Of a stretch of DNA of 64,000 nucleotides, positions 1-10,083 are shown in pieces (the first letter of the stretch is position 1; every line of letters begins with the position of its first letter). The notes under the pieces were generated by a model. The model did no database searches. It was given only the letters and a program-made list of their open reading frames with translations, and was not told the DNA's origin. The stretch is from Acidimicrobiales bacterium (GTDB lineage Bacteria > Actinomycetota > Acidimicrobiia > Acidimicrobiales > Bog-793), in assembly GCA_036510575.1 (NCBI GenBank), contig DATCDR010000036.1, positions 54,161 to 118,160 on the forward strand. The letters are read 5' to 3'. A program made the translations under genes and the position numbers.

Positions 1-7
1 ACATCGG

Positions 8-376
8 TCACGAGCGATCCTCGCGGGGTCGACGACGAAAGCGTGCGGTGAGGCGGCCAAGCGAGGTGTCCGCGCGTGCCTGCTCGCGAGCGACTTCGGC
101 TCGCGTCGTCGGCACTACGGCGTTCACGATGTCCTCAGCGGCGTCCAAGAGCCCGCCTATCTCCTCTGCGGGCTCATCGGGCTCTTCCTCGATCGCCGGC
201 TCGACTAGCGAGCCGTAGACCCATCCCGCGTCAGCGAGCCGACGCGAGTACTTCGCGCAGTTGTCCGGGCACCGCCACGGAGCCTCTGGAGCGAGATCGA
301 GCGTGCAGATACGCGCGACCTCACCGGAGGCATACGTTCTCGACTGATAGTTCTTGCACTCTTCGCGCATCGGCAC
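8..376 (-). CDS. Small Cys-containing hypothetical protein immediately downstream of sufB
   Basis: 122-aa ORF on the sufB strand, 43 nt after the sufB stop. Cys at positions 7, 24, 36 and 40, followed by an acidic Ala-rich tail. ATG at 370 is an alternative to the GTG at 376. No family recognised by eye. Confidence 0.4.
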   Translation of the reverse strand: MPMREECKNYQSRTYASGEVARICTLDLAPEAPWRCPDNCAKYSRRLADAGWVYGSLVEPAIEEEPDEPAEEIGGLLDAAEDIVNAVVPTTRAEVAREQARADTSLGRLTARFRRRPREDRS

Positions 377-419
377 GTGCCGAGTCTCCCTGGTATTCGA
401 AGTGGTTACGTGTCGCGGG

Positions 420-1817
420 TCAGCCGACCGAGCCCTCCATCTGCAGCTCGATCAAGCGGCTCCACTCGACCGCGTACTCCATCGGCAGCGTCCGAGTTAC
501 CGGCTCGATAAATCCGTTCACGATCATGCTCGTCGCCTGCGCCTCAGAGAGTCCACGGCTCATGAGGTAGAAGAGCTGGTCATCGCCGACCTTGGACACG
601 GTCGCCTCGTGGCCGATCTGCGCGTCGCGCTCACCGATCTCCATGTAGGGCTTGGTCTCTGAGGTTGAGTCCTCGTCGAGGATCAAAGCGTCGCAGCGAA
701 CAAAGGCTTTCGCGCCCTTGGCGCCCTCGTCGACGTGCACCTTGCCGCGATAGGTCGTGATGCCGCCATCCTTGGAGATCGACTTCGACACGATCGTCGA
801 CGTGGTCTCCGGCGCAGCGTGGACCATCTTGGCCCCCGTGTCCTGCTGCTGACCGGCGCCGGCGTAGGCAACCGAGAGCACCTCACCTGAGGCCTTCGGG
901 CCCATCAGGTACACCGATGGGTACTTCATCGTGAGCCGCGAGCCGATGTTGCCGTCGATCCAGGCAACGTGCGCCTCGGCTTCTGCGCGAGCCCGCTTGG
1001 TGACGAGGTTGTAGACGTTGTTCGACCAGTTCTGGATCGTCGTGTAGGTGATCCGACTCCCAGGGAGTGCAACCAGCTCGACGACCGCGGAGTGAAGTGA
1101 GTCCGTGGAGTAGACGGGCGCAGAGCAGCCCTCGACGTAGTGAACTTCGGCACCCTCGTCCGCGATGATCAAGGTCCGCTCGAACTGGCCCATGTTCTCC
1201 GCATTGATACGGAAGTAGGCCTGGAGCGGCATGTCGACCTTCACGCCTGGTGGCACGTAGATGAATGACCCTCCGGACCATACGGCGGAGTTGAGCGCTG
1301 CGAACTTGTTGTCGTTCGGCGGGATGATCTTTCCGAAGTACCGACGCACGATCTCTGGGTACTCTCGGATTGCAGTGTCCATGTCAGTGAACAAGACGCC
1401 GAGCCGTTCCAGATCCTCACGATTTCGGTGGTAGACGACCTCGGACTCGTATTGCGCGGTGACGCCGGCGAGGTACTTCCGCTCCGCCTCTGGGATCCCG
1501 AGCTTCTCGTAGGTGTTCTTGACCGACTCTGGGAGCTCGTCCCAGACATCGACCTGACTCTCCGTCGGCTTGATGTAATAGAAGATGTTCTGGAAGTCGA
1601 GATCGGGCATCTTCGTGGCGAACCACGGCATCATCTCTTTCAGCGAGAAGCGGCTAAGCGCTCGGAGCCGGAAGTCCAGCATCCACTTCGGCTCTTTTTT
1701 GATGCCGGACATCTCACGCACGATCTCTTCGGAGAGGCCCTTCTTCGGCTTGAAGACATAGTCCTCTTCGTCGCTCCAGCCAAGCTTGTATCGCCCGAGG
1801 TCAAGCTCTGCGGTCAT
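420..1817 (-). CDS. sufB: Fe-S cluster assembly protein SufB
   Basis: 465 aa, ATG start. Full-length SufB-like sequence ([25 protein letters not shown]..., ...[31 protein letters not shown]-terminus). Confidence 0.97.
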   Translation of the reverse strand: MTAELDLGRYKLGWSDEEDYVFKPKKGLSEEIVREMSGIKKEPKWMLDFRLRALSRFSLKEMMPWFATKMPDLDFQNIFYYIKPTESQVDVWDELPESVKNTYEKLGIPEAERKYLAGVTAQYESEVVYHRNREDLERLGVLFTDMDTAIREYPEIVRRYFGKIIPPNDNKFAALNSAVWSGGSFIYVPPGVKVDMPLQAYFRINAENMGQFERTLIIADEGAEVHYVEGCSAPVYSTDSLHSAVVELVALPGSRITYTTIQNWSNNVYNLVTKRARAEAEAHVAWIDGNIGSRLTMKYPSVYLMGPKASGEVLSVAYAGAGQQQDTGAKMVHAAPETTSTIVSKSISKDGGITTYRGKVHVDEGAKGAKAFVRCDALILDEDSTSETKPYMEIGERDAQIGHEATVSKVGDDQLFYLMSRGLSEAQATSMIVNGFIEPVTRTLPMEYAVEWSRLIELQMEGSVG

Positions 1818-1972
1818 CTCGCTGCTCCGATCGATGTTGCGAAAAAGATGTGGGGGACTTCCCGCTGTGGGATTTCCCCTATCTGCATAGTAACAACTAC
1901 CCGGGCCAGGAACTCCGCGAAGAAAGTATGCAGCTCATTACCGTCATAAACCTCCTTGTGGGCCGCGACTTC

Positions 1973-3163
1973 TCATCTTCGTCGGCGAGACTCAGGTGCT
2001 CTTTGGACGACAAGCTTGATGACGTAGGACGCGATGTTGCCCGGGGGAAGAGCGACCGGGATGCCGTTCAGCTTGATGGAGACGGCGCGCGGTGCACCCA
2101 GGCGGATAAGGCGCGGACCGGTCGCGGAGTACGACGTCGACGTCCCTGCCCGGAGCGTGTCCATCCAGAGGTAGGAGCCATTCGTACGCCGCTGCGCGCC
2201 CAGCCAACAGGGTGCTGTGGCGGAGAACACGAGGGTGTAAGTGGCCTTTGGCACCACATAGGTTACGAGCAGATTCGTCGTCGACGTCGGATCGAGCACC
2301 GTCGGCGTCGTGGTCGTGGTCGTCGTCGACTTCGCTTTCGTCGCGCCACCGTTCCCAGGTGCGCTCGATGTCGTCACACCCGGCCTGGTCGCAACATTGG
2401 TCGGCGAGTGATCGAGCAACGCGACGAGCGCGCCTGCAATCACCAGAGCGGCAACGACGCCTGCTGCCGCGAGCTCGTGGCGTCGCCTCGAGCCAGACCG
2501 GGGTCCGACGCGAAGCTCACGCTGTCGCGGACCGTGGCGACCGTCGATTCGAGCGAGATCCACCGCCGGCACCGTCGTCGTGACATCGTCAAGCGCGTCG
2601 ACATCGTCAGCGCCGAATAGCAATGGCACCGTCGGCGCGCTGAGGCGGACCCGGGCCTCGATGTCGGTTGTTCGCCGGCCGTCAGCCACTATCCCGTACT
2701 CGCGATTGAATCGCGACCTCGCCACCATTCGTCCCAGCGCTGCCGCGGTGGCGTTTGGATCCACGACACTCCCGGTGGTCTCACGGACGTTCGGTATCGA
2801 TGGCAGGTCGTCAAAGAGCGGCATCCGCTCGATCTCGAGGCGCGGGCCGACGTCGGCGATCGGCTCTGCAAGGCTCGAAGGCTCGGCGATGCGCTCCTCT
2901 GCTCGTGCCGGGGCCGCCTCTTCGGCCCGCGACGCCGACGACAGCTCCGGGTCGAACTCGATATGTGGCTGGGCGATCTCATCTGGTGACGGGATGTGAA
3001 TCGGGGCACCGGCCTCAGTCCGCCTCGACACGTCGCCGAGCACGCCGAGCGCGGAGCCGTACCGTTCCATCGAACGCGCTGTCCTACGATCCGTTGCTGC
3101 ACTCAGCCACCAATACAGCAGGGCGAGCACGACCGGCCCACCGATCGCTACGAGGGCAACCAT
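1973..3163 (-). CDS. Membrane-anchored protein with Thr-rich linker and RodZ_C/DUF4115-like C-terminal domain
   Basis: 396 aa. Two hydrophobic segments (the N-terminal IGGPVVLALLYWWL and an internal AAAGVVAALVIAGALVALL), a poly-Thr run (STTTTTTTPT), and a C-terminal beta-rich region (TYTLVFSATAPCWLGAQRRTNGSYLWMDTLRAG...IKLNGIPV) typical of the RodZ C-terminal domain. No HTH seen. Confidence 0.6.
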   Translation of the reverse strand: MVALVAIGGPVVLALLYWWLSAATDRRTARSMERYGSALGVLGDVSRRTEAGAPIHIPSPDEIAQPHIEFDPELSSASRAEEAAPARAEERIAEPSSLAEPIADVGPRLEIERMPLFDDLPSIPNVRETTGSVVDPNATAAALGRMVARSRFNREYGIVADGRRTTDIEARVRLSAPTVPLLFGADDVDALDDVTTTVPAVDLARIDGRHGPRQRELRVGPRSGSRRRHELAAAGVVAALVIAGALVALLDHSPTNVATRPGVTTSSAPGNGGATKAKSTTTTTTTPTVLDPTSTTNLLVTYVVPKATYTLVFSATAPCWLGAQRRTNGSYLWMDTLRAGTSTSYSATGPRLIRLGAPRAVSIKLNGIPVALPPGNIASYVIKLVVQRAPESRRRR

Positions 3164-3249
3164 CGCACGGGTATCTCTGCGATCCAGCTCACGACACTAT
3201 TCAACCGCATGGCGCACCTCCGATCGTGCGCGCGCTGGTCTGATCGTTG

Positions 3250-4155
3250 TCAATCCGGCCACGCGAGGGACCCGTCCGGGAGGAGAACAAGGAGTCCGCC
3301 GTCGACGAGCTCGGAGGCGACAACGGCCGCGCGATCTCCCTCGCCCTGCCATCCCGCCACGGCCGCCACCGCCGACGACGCAATGGGCGCAGTGCGTGCG
3401 GCCCGGAGTAGTCGACCACGACCTTGCCGATTCGAGCCTGCGAATCTCGGCTGCGGACGAGATGTTGCAGCGGAGCGATGCGCTGGGTCGTCGCCTCCCT
3501 CGCGTCGCCATGCACACGCGTCGGCCGCCTGGATCGGGCAGGCGGCACAGCGCGGATTTTGCGATGTGCAAAGCGTTGCGCCGAGGTCCATCAAGGCGAG
3601 ATTGAACTCGCGTGGGCTCCTCTTCGACACCAACTCATCGACGGCGCGCTGCGCCTCTCTACGAGTGAGCGGCCTTCCCGCAACCGCCCGCGCAAGCACT
3701 CGCCCAATGTTGGTATCAAGCACGCCCACGGGCTCCTCGAAGGCAAAGGCCAATACGGCGCGAGCCGTATAGGAGCCGATGCCCGGCAGTGCCAAAAGAG
3801 CCCCGAGGTCGTTTGGCACGACGCCGCCGTGGCGCGACGTGATCGCTATTGCGCTCTCGCGAAGCGAGAGTGCCCTCCGGTAGTAGCCGAGACCAGCCCA
3901 AAGCCCGAGGTAGTCCCCGACCGATCTCGCGGCGGCTTTCCTCGGCGTCGGGAGAACAGCGATCGCGTCGGCGTAGCGCAAGGCGACTCGTGCCGCCTGA
4001 GTTTGCGCGAGCATTACTTCGGCCACAAGCACGCGCCACGGGTCGCGCTCGCTTCGCCACGGCAGTTGGTCGCGCACGTGTCGAGACGAACTCCACCATG
4101 CGACAAGGGCCAATGCCCCTCCCGTCCAGAAGGTGTGTGACTCAGCGTCGCTCAT
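3250..4155 (-). CDS. mutY: A/G-specific adenine DNA glycosylase (MutY family, HhH-GPD with 4Fe-4S loop)
   Basis: 301 aa. Motifs VAEVMLAQTQAARV, GLGYYRRA and LPGIGSYTARAVLAFAF, plus the Cys cluster CTSQNPRCAACPIQAADAC. Confidence 0.85.
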   Translation of the reverse strand: MSDAESHTFWTGGALALVAWWSSSRHVRDQLPWRSERDPWRVLVAEVMLAQTQAARVALRYADAIAVLPTPRKAAARSVGDYLGLWAGLGYYRRALSLRESAIAITSRHGGVVPNDLGALLALPGIGSYTARAVLAFAFEEPVGVLDTNIGRVLARAVAGRPLTRREAQRAVDELVSKRSPREFNLALMDLGATLCTSQNPRCAACPIQAADACAWRREGGDDPAHRSAATSRPQPRFAGSNRQGRGRLLRAARTAPIASSAVAAVAGWQGEGDRAAVVASELVDGGLLVLLPDGSLAWPD

Positions 4156-4167
4156 CTGCTCGGCAGA

Positions 4168-4596
4168 TCAGGTTGGTGCTGCTGTCCTCGTCGAGAATGA
4201 CAGCGACCAGTCGTCTTGAGCGGCGCCGTCGATCATCAACCGCCAGGCGAATCGACCACCCGCAAGGAGCGGAAGCGGCCCGAAGTTCAACGCCAGCGCG
4301 ACTGAGATGGGACTTCCCTCGGCGATCTCGCTCGGCCGGGCAACTTCGAAGTCGCCACGAACCTCGATCGGCTGGGTTCCTTCCTGGGTCTCAGCAAGCA
4401 CGGGCTGGCCATCCTCGTCGACCAAGAAGAGTTCCCAGTGATGCGGTCGATCCACTTCGGTCCAGTCGACGTCGATCTTGAGCGCGACGGCGCTCGGTGC
4501 AGGATCGGGCCCGATGAGGCTCCAGCCGCCACCGAGTATGTAGAGCTTCCCATCCGCTACCTGGGCCGAGTCACACAGCAGCATCGTCGCGCGCAT
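4168..4596 (-). CDS. Conserved-looking hypothetical protein
   Basis: 142-aa ORF with coding-like composition (MRATMLLCDSAQVADGKLYILGGGWSLIGP...). No family assigned by eye. Confidence 0.55.
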   Translation of the reverse strand: MRATMLLCDSAQVADGKLYILGGGWSLIGPDPAPSAVALKIDVDWTEVDRPHHWELFLVDEDGQPVLAETQEGTQPIEVRGDFEVARPSEIAEGSPISVALALNFGPLPLLAGGRFAWRLMIDGAAQDDWSLSFSTRTAAPT

Positions 4597-4677
4597 CGTG
4601 CAACCCTACCTGGCGACACGACGAGCACCCCGGCGGTCCTTCGAGGCTTGCCGGCTTGCCCGCTGTACCCTTACCAC

Positions 4678-5328
4678 GTGCCTGAACTTGGTCTTCGAAA
4701 CGACGTCTACCGCCGCCCGCTTGCAACCGCTTTGGACCGCCTTGGACTCGGCGCAGGATGGTCGTGTGTTGACGTCGGTGCTGGCGCTGGCGACGTCTCG
4801 GTCGCCCTCGCACGGCTCGTTGGCCGGACCGGTCGCATCTACGCCGTCGACAGCGATCCGCGCGCGAGAGATACCGTCGCGGCGGCTGCTGCTGCTGCTG
4901 GGGAGGCGCAGGTGCTCGCGATCACCCAGGCCGGAGAGGACCTCCGCCTGCCAGAGACCGTTGATCTCGCGTTCTGCCGGTTTCTGCTGATGCACGTGAG
5001 CGACCCTGCGATGGTCCTTCACCGGATGGCATCGGTCCTTCGACCTGGCGGCTACCTCGTCGCCCAGGAGCCGATCACGACCGCTGGACGCGTCGGTGGG
5101 CTCGCGATGTCGATGCCCGACGCCAAGCACCCCGACATCGGTGCGTTGCTTCCAGGGCTCGTCCGGGCGGCAGGGCTCGAGCTCGTCGATGCGTGGGCAG
5201 AGGCCCCAGCCGGAGCAGGACCGGGGGCGGTCGCGACCTACCTTGAGGAGCTGACCGAGGTGGATCCAGGAGATGATTCGGTCGTGCTGCCGCCGCTCGT
5301 GACCGTCATCGGCAGACAGCCGGCGTAG
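4678..5328 (+). CDS. Class I SAM-dependent methyltransferase
   Basis: Motif I VDVGAGAGDVSVALARLVG and IYAVD, plus downstream FCRFLLMHV and LRPGGYLV. The track ORF starts at 4438 but overlaps the convergent gene 4168-4596. I chose the in-frame GTG at 4678; the start is uncertain. Confidence 0.75.
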   Translation: MPELGLRNDVYRRPLATALDRLGLGAGWSCVDVGAGAGDVSVALARLVGRTGRIYAVDSDPRARDTVAAAAAAAGEAQVLAITQAGEDLRLPETVDLAFCRFLLMHVSDPAMVLHRMASVLRPGGYLVAQEPITTAGRVGGLAMSMPDAKHPDIGALLPGLVRAAGLELVDAWAEAPAGAGPGAVATYLEELTEVDPGDDSVVLPPLVTVIGRQPA

Positions 5329-5380
5329 CGAATGAGCGAGGAATCAGCGGGTTGCGGGCTCGACGCGATTCTGTCGAGTG

Positions 5381-6580
5381 TCAGCGCCTTTGCTTTGCTT
5401 GATTCGCGTAGAGCGCGACAACCTCTCCAAGCGATCTGTCGACGGTCATCAACGGTGCATTCTCGCTAAACCATTCTCGAGTAGCGATCCGAAGATCCTC
5501 GCCGCCGGCGATCGCGAGAGCTACGCCATTGGCCAACCCCGCTGCCGACGGCTCTACGACGAATCCATTCACGCCTTCGACAACGTGATGAACCGCCAGA
5601 TTCTGCGGATTCGATGCGACGACGATGGGTGTGCCAGATGCCAGTGATTCCACAGCCGAGATGCCGTATCCCTCACGCGTGGAGGCGACGATCGTGCAGC
5701 TGGCCTCTGCTCGCAATCTCTCGAGCTCCTCATCTGAGACAAAGCCCAGTTGATCGACGCGGGCGGAGACTCCGAGTTCAGCAAACAACCTCGTCATGAG
5801 ATCGGCCTCGGGACCGGTTCCTACGACGACGAGACGAAAGTCTGGGCGGCCAAGCAGAACCAGCCGCACCATCTCAGGCAAAAGGCGTACTCCCTTGTCG
5901 TGAATCAGGCGTCCTACGAAAAGTGCGCTCGGTGTCGCGGATCGCGCCGCGATCGATCGAGTCTCGATGGCGACTCTTGGCAGCAACCCCGCGAGCGTGG
6001 TGACGTCTCGCTTGTAGCCCTGCTGGCGAAGCAGGGCGCCAGCAGGGGACCAGAACACCAGCGCATGCTGGGTCAGCCGAATACAAAGCCACTGAATGAT
6101 GAATCCGAGCTCACCAGCGCCGCGTCCCGCGTACCCAATCCAGAACCGGCGTGGCCAGATCTCGAGCCAATCCACGTAGATCCTCGCGTCGCTGCCAAAA
6201 AGAGCCAGTCGCGCAGCAATCAGCGAGAAAAACGGGAAGTTCGCGAGTTGAACGACATCAACCTCTCGACGATGGCGAACGAACCAAAGGAACACACCCA
6301 GGCCGAAACGGAGCGGGGGGAACACCTTCCTCGTGCCATCAGGCTCATAAAGCTCGGATTCGGGCGCCACAACCACCACTTCCACACCGGGGATCTCCGG
6401 TGCGTTCGCTGCGCTCCACTGCAGGCGCGTCAAATAGCGAACGTTGGCTCCAGCCGCTTCGAGATACTCCGCCACCTCGCGATACCAGCGCTCCGCTCCC
6501 CCTGTTGTCCAGGGAAAGAGGCAGTCATAGACGACACAGACGCGAAGGCCGGCGAGATCAGTGCTTTCGGAGGTCGACAT
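5381..6580 (-). CDS. GT4-family glycosyltransferase
   Basis: From ATG at 6580 (MSTSESTDLAGLRVCVVYDCLFPWTTGGAERWY...). C-terminal GT-B signature ASTREGYGISAVESLASGTPIVV. The start overlaps the upstream stop by 1 nt (TGATG). The track's 518-aa version is an upstream over-extension. Confidence 0.85.
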   Translation of the reverse strand: MSTSESTDLAGLRVCVVYDCLFPWTTGGAERWYREVAEYLEAAGANVRYLTRLQWSAANAPEIPGVEVVVVAPESELYEPDGTRKVFPPLRFGLGVFLWFVRHRREVDVVQLANFPFFSLIAARLALFGSDARIYVDWLEIWPRRFWIGYAGRGAGELGFIIQWLCIRLTQHALVFWSPAGALLRQQGYKRDVTTLAGLLPRVAIETRSIAARSATPSALFVGRLIHDKGVRLLPEMVRLVLLGRPDFRLVVVGTGPEADLMTRLFAELGVSARVDQLGFVSDEELERLRAEASCTIVASTREGYGISAVESLASGTPIVVASNPQNLAVHHVVEGVNGFVVEPSAAGLANGVALAIAGGEDLRIATREWFSENAPLMTVDRSLGEVVALYANQAKQRR

Positions 6581-7563
6581 CAACCAGGCTTGTTCCCGGT
6601 TCGCGGCAGCGAACCGAGGGTCCGCTCGGATCGGGCGAGGTCGCGACGACCCATTCGTCCCCGCCAGCCATCGCGCAATCCCTCCACGAGCGCTCGACCC
6701 GAGGTCGACCAGTCCGAGGGTCGGACGCGGCTCAGGTTGTAAAGGCTCCAAATGACCCCAGCGCCAAAGACTCGACTCACACGAAGCGCAGTTGTTGGGG
6801 TCTCGAGCGCGAAGCGAAGCGGGTTCCTCGCCAGGTAGTAGGTCGGGTTCGAACTCATGAACCTCGACCCGGGATGGTCTGAGGATCCACCCATCTCGTG
6901 ACTCGCAAGTACCTCCCCTAGATAGCGAAGATGCCATCCGCGCTGCCGGGCGCGGTCACCCCAGTCAACGTCCTCGAAATACATGAAGTAGTCGTCTCGC
7001 ATCGGACCGACCTCGGCCCAGGCCGCGACCGACATGAGTGCGCTACATGAAGGTATGTAGTCACACTCGCTGCTCGCCGGCGGACGAGTCGCGCTCGCGA
7101 AATGTCCACGGTGCCAGACCACGGCGAAGAGGCGGCTCTGCACGGCGCCGGCGAACCACAGTCGGTCAGGGCGCTGTGAGTACGAAATCGCGGGACTGAC
7201 TACTGCCACATGGTCATAGCGGCTCGCCTCGTCGCGACAGCGAGCGATGCAGGAGGCATCAAAGGTCGCATCGTTATTGGCGAGGAATACCCAGTCGCAG
7301 CCGAGACCTTGCGCCCGCGATATCCCAAGATTGACGGCGCTCGCAAAGCCGACGTTGTCCTTCAAGACGATCAGATCGTCGCCCGGCACCACCGTTGCGA
7401 GCACTTCGATGTCCGACTCGGAGAGCTCCTGGGCGATGCAGATCAATGGATTGGGCCTGACCGAACTGGCGATCAGGCTCTCGATCGCCTGCATCGTTGA
7501 GCCGAGCGACTTCCAAACCACGACTACGGCTGCGACCCTTCGCGAAGATGAAGCGTCAGTCAT
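6580..7563 (-). CDS. GT2-family glycosyltransferase (rhamnosyltransferase-like)
   Basis: 327 aa, ATG start. VAAVVVVWKS...NVGFASAVNLGI...WVFLANNDATF is typical of GT2 (GT-A, DxD-type ND/DD). Confidence 0.8.
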   Translation of the reverse strand: MTDASSSRRVAAVVVVWKSLGSTMQAIESLIASSVRPNPLICIAQELSESDIEVLATVVPGDDLIVLKDNVGFASAVNLGISRAQGLGCDWVFLANNDATFDASCIARCRDEASRYDHVAVVSPAISYSQRPDRLWFAGAVQSRLFAVVWHRGHFASATRPPASSECDYIPSCSALMSVAAWAEVGPMRDDYFMYFEDVDWGDRARQRGWHLRYLGEVLASHEMGGSSDHPGSRFMSSNPTYYLARNPLRFALETPTTALRVSRVFGAGVIWSLYNLSRVRPSDWSTSGRALVEGLRDGWRGRMGRRDLARSERTLGSLPRTGNKPG

Positions 7564-7587
7564 ACCTGCAGGACTCCGACTGCGCGA

Positions 7588-8724
7588 CTATCGCCGCCGC
7601 GCACGAGCCTCGGCACTGACCTCTCGGTAGAGCTCGCGCCTGTCCTTGGTGATGGCGTCCCATGAGTGTCGCCGCTCGGCGAACGCGCGAGCAGCCTCGC
7701 CCATCTTCGTACGCAGCTCCGCGTCACCAAGAAGACGCTTCAGCGCCTGGGTGAGCGCCGCAGCGTCTCCTGCGGGCGTTCGGATGCCCGCTCCGGCGTC
7801 GTCGGCCTCCCACGAAATCTGACCCGCACCGTCGGCGAGGATCACGGGCAGACCGCTCGCCATCGCCTCGAGAGCGGTCAGCGTGAAGCCTCCCTCCTGA
7901 CGCGAGAAATCCGAGGGCAGCACGTATATCGCCGCGGCCGCATACCGATCACGAAGCTCGTCATCGCTGATTCGACCTACGAACTCAACCTGATCGGCCA
8001 TGCCCGCCTGGTTGGCTTGCCGCTCGTATTCCCCGCGCAAGTCGCCGTCACCCACCACGGTGAGGTGAAACGGTTCGCCGAGTTGCGAAAGCGCCTCCAA
8101 GAGGACGTCGAGCCCTTTGTAGCGGTGGAAACGATCGAGAATGCCGACGAACAACAGCTCAGTTCCACCATGGCGAGGTGGAGCTGCGAAGCGTTCGAGG
8201 TCCACCCCGGTCGGGATCACCGTGATCTTGGCTGCGATCGAGGGACTGAGGCTTCCTAGCTCATCTCGCCAGGCATCTGAGACGACGATGATCCGATCGG
8301 CCAGACGCAGCGTGATGCGGTAAAAGGTTGCCCGGTAGAGCCGGGCGGCGTAATCCGCAGCGCCCTCGCCCACTATCTCGTTGTAGAAGCTGACCACCGA
8401 GCCACGACCGAGCAGCCGCGCGATAAGTACTGACCAGTCGCACGACCACGGCGTCGGTAGGTGGGTGTGCACGACATCCCAGGGCTCACGGATCAGCGCC
8501 CATGGCAGGCCGAGGGTGATGTTCGTGTTGGCGATCTTCCACTTCCACCGAAGGCGCCGAATCGGCACGCCATCTCCGAAGTCCGCGCAGTTGCGAGGCT
8601 CATCGGCGCAGAGGACGAGCACATCGTCACCGTCGGCCACGAGCCGGCTACATACGGCTTGCGCGACATTCTCCACGCCACCTGTGAAGGGGGGATATCG
8701 CGGAGGGGTCTCTACCAAACGCAT
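7588..8724 (-). CDS. GT4-family glycosyltransferase
   Basis: From ATG at 8724 (MRLVETPPRYPPFTGGVENVAQ...). C-terminal EGGFTLTALEAMASGLPVI. The longer track ORF (to 8865) would overlap the divergent gene at 8851. Confidence 0.85.
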   Translation of the reverse strand: MRLVETPPRYPPFTGGVENVAQAVCSRLVADGDDVLVLCADEPRNCADFGDGVPIRRLRWKWKIANTNITLGLPWALIREPWDVVHTHLPTPWSCDWSVLIARLLGRGSVVSFYNEIVGEGAADYAARLYRATFYRITLRLADRIIVVSDAWRDELGSLSPSIAAKITVIPTGVDLERFAAPPRHGGTELLFVGILDRFHRYKGLDVLLEALSQLGEPFHLTVVGDGDLRGEYERQANQAGMADQVEFVGRISDDELRDRYAAAAIYVLPSDFSRQEGGFTLTALEAMASGLPVILADGAGQISWEADDAGAGIRTPAGDAAALTQALKRLLGDAELRTKMGEAARAFAERRHSWDAITKDRRELYREVSAEARARRR

Positions 8725-8850
8725 TGCAGCACTGTATCGTTGCGACCTCGCCGCCCACGGACCTAGGGACACTGCAATCGACACGGCCGTGAACCCCCTG
8801 ACGAGTACGCTGAGCCGCACGTTCCGGACTAACGCCAGTAGGGGAACCGC

Positions 8851-10083
8851 TTGATGAGCATGCAAAAGCCCGCCAGTGGATCGCTTCTCGTGTCTGTCGT
8901 GCTCCCCTGCCTAGACGAGGCGGACTCGGTTGGGCGATGCATCGATGAAGCGCGCCAAGCGCTCGACGAAGCCTCGATAAAGGCCGAGATCGTGGTGGTC
9001 GACAACAACTCCACCGACAACTCAGCCGACGTAGCGCGCTCACATGGTGCGCGGGTCATCTTCGAGCCGAGCCCCGGCTACGGAAGTGCGCTGCGAGCCG
9101 GAATTCTCGCTGCCTTCGGCGAGATCGTGGTCATGGCCGACGCCGATCTGACCTATGACCTTTCAAAGATCGAGCGACTCATCAGACCGGTCATGGACGG
9201 CTCTGCAGATCTCGTACTGGGCGAACGGCTCTCTGAAGCTCCAGCCTCGACGATGCCCTTCTTGCACAGAAAGCTCGGCACTCCAACGCTCACCTATCTC
9301 GTGAAGCGAGCCACGCACGGCCTGACCGTGAGCGACAGCCAGTCCGGGTACCGGGCATTCCGACGAACCGAGATCATCGAGCTCGGCCTCACCTCTACGG
9401 GCATGGAGTTCGCGTCCGAAATGCTGATACGAGCCGGCCGGAAGGGCCTCCGGGTCACCGAGACCAGCACCGGTTACCGCGAGCGAGTCGGTGAGTCGAA
9501 ACTGAACACGATCTCGGACGGCTGGCGACACCTTCGTCAGATACTCCTACTCGCACCCCAGATCATGCTGATCGCGCCAGGCGTGCTCCTGCTGGCTCTT
9601 GGTTGCCTCTTTAGTGTCTTCGGGCTCGTCGTTCCCTCCGGCCTCGTTATCGGCTCTCTTCGTTGGCAACCAAGCTTCATTTCCGGGATCGCCCTAGTTG
9701 TCGGGCTCCAGGCGCTCCTTGCAGGTCTCGTAATCGCGGACCGTCATAGGGCGCTCTTCGAGGCACCCTCGTCGAAGCCAAGATCAGCGCCGTCATTGGC
9801 GTCGATATGCCTCGTGCTCGGCATCATCATCACGATCGCCGGGGTGGCCATCGACGCCACGCTGTTCGCGCTGTGGCTTCAACATGCCAGGAGCATCACG
9901 CGCGTGGTCGCCCTCGCGGCCTTGGCGCAATCGCTCGTCATCGACGGCATTTCGATGATCGGCTTCGGACTGCTCGGCCCGGTTCTCGGGAGAAGCTGGC
10001 AGACCCCCGACTCCGCGATTCAGTGGACTGAGTCGTTTCTGGAGGACGGGGTGGTGGACTCCTCGACGGTTGTTCCGCTCTAG
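8851..10083 (+). CDS. GT2 glycosyltransferase with C-terminal multi-TM domain (polyprenol-phosphate-sugar synthase-like)
   Basis: 410 aa. N-terminal VSVVLPCLDEADSVGRCI...EIVVVDNNSTDNSADVA...MADADLTYD GT-A domain, followed by about 4 hydrophobic helices (LLLAPQIMLIAPGVLLLALGCLF..., LVLGIIITIAGVAIDATLFALWL...). Confidence 0.8.
   Translation: MMSMQKPASGSLLVSVVLPCLDEADSVGRCIDEARQALDEASIKAEIVVVDNNSTDNSADVARSHGARVIFEPSPGYGSALRAGILAAFGEIVVMADADLTYDLSKIERLIRPVMDGSADLVLGERLSEAPASTMPFLHRKLGTPTLTYLVKRATHGLTVSDSQSGYRAFRRTEIIELGLTSTGMEFASEMLIRAGRKGLRVTETSTGYRERVGESKLNTISDGWRHLRQILLLAPQIMLIAPGVLLLALGCLFSVFGLVVPSGLVIGSLRWQPSFISGIALVVGLQALLAGLVIADRHRALFEAPSSKPRSAPSLASICLVLGIIITIAGVAIDATLFALWLQHARSITRVVALAALAQSLVIDGISMIGFGLLGPVLGRSWQTPDSAIQWTESFLEDGVVDSSTVVPL

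Noticed and set aside
76-662. Plus-strand ORFs 76-570 and 354-662 overlapping the small Cys protein gene and sufB
   Set aside because: They are antisense to strongly supported genes and have the Arg/Pro/Ser-rich composition typical of off-frame ORFs in high-GC DNA.
4885-4899. (GCT)5 microsatellite
   Set aside because: It simply encodes a poly-Ala run inside the 4678-5328 methyltransferase. It is short and unremarkable in high-GC genomes.
5750-6742. 330-aa plus-strand ORF, and similar long antisense ORFs (24558-25232, 27481-28047, 33635-34258, 37785-38450, 55921-56601, 59136-59750)
   Set aside because: Each lies entirely opposite a gene with clear family motifs, and all have low-complexity Arg/Pro/Gly-rich translations. 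They are high-GC artefacts.
6581-6937. N-terminal over-extensions of track ORFs (also 8725-8865, 23087-23170, 27061-27339, 38685-38849, 39778-39858, 47696-47914, 56999-57205)
   Set aside because: The extensions overlap neighbouring genes, lack family homology and are Arg-rich. Internal ATG/GTG starts give canonical N-termini and short overlaps or gaps.
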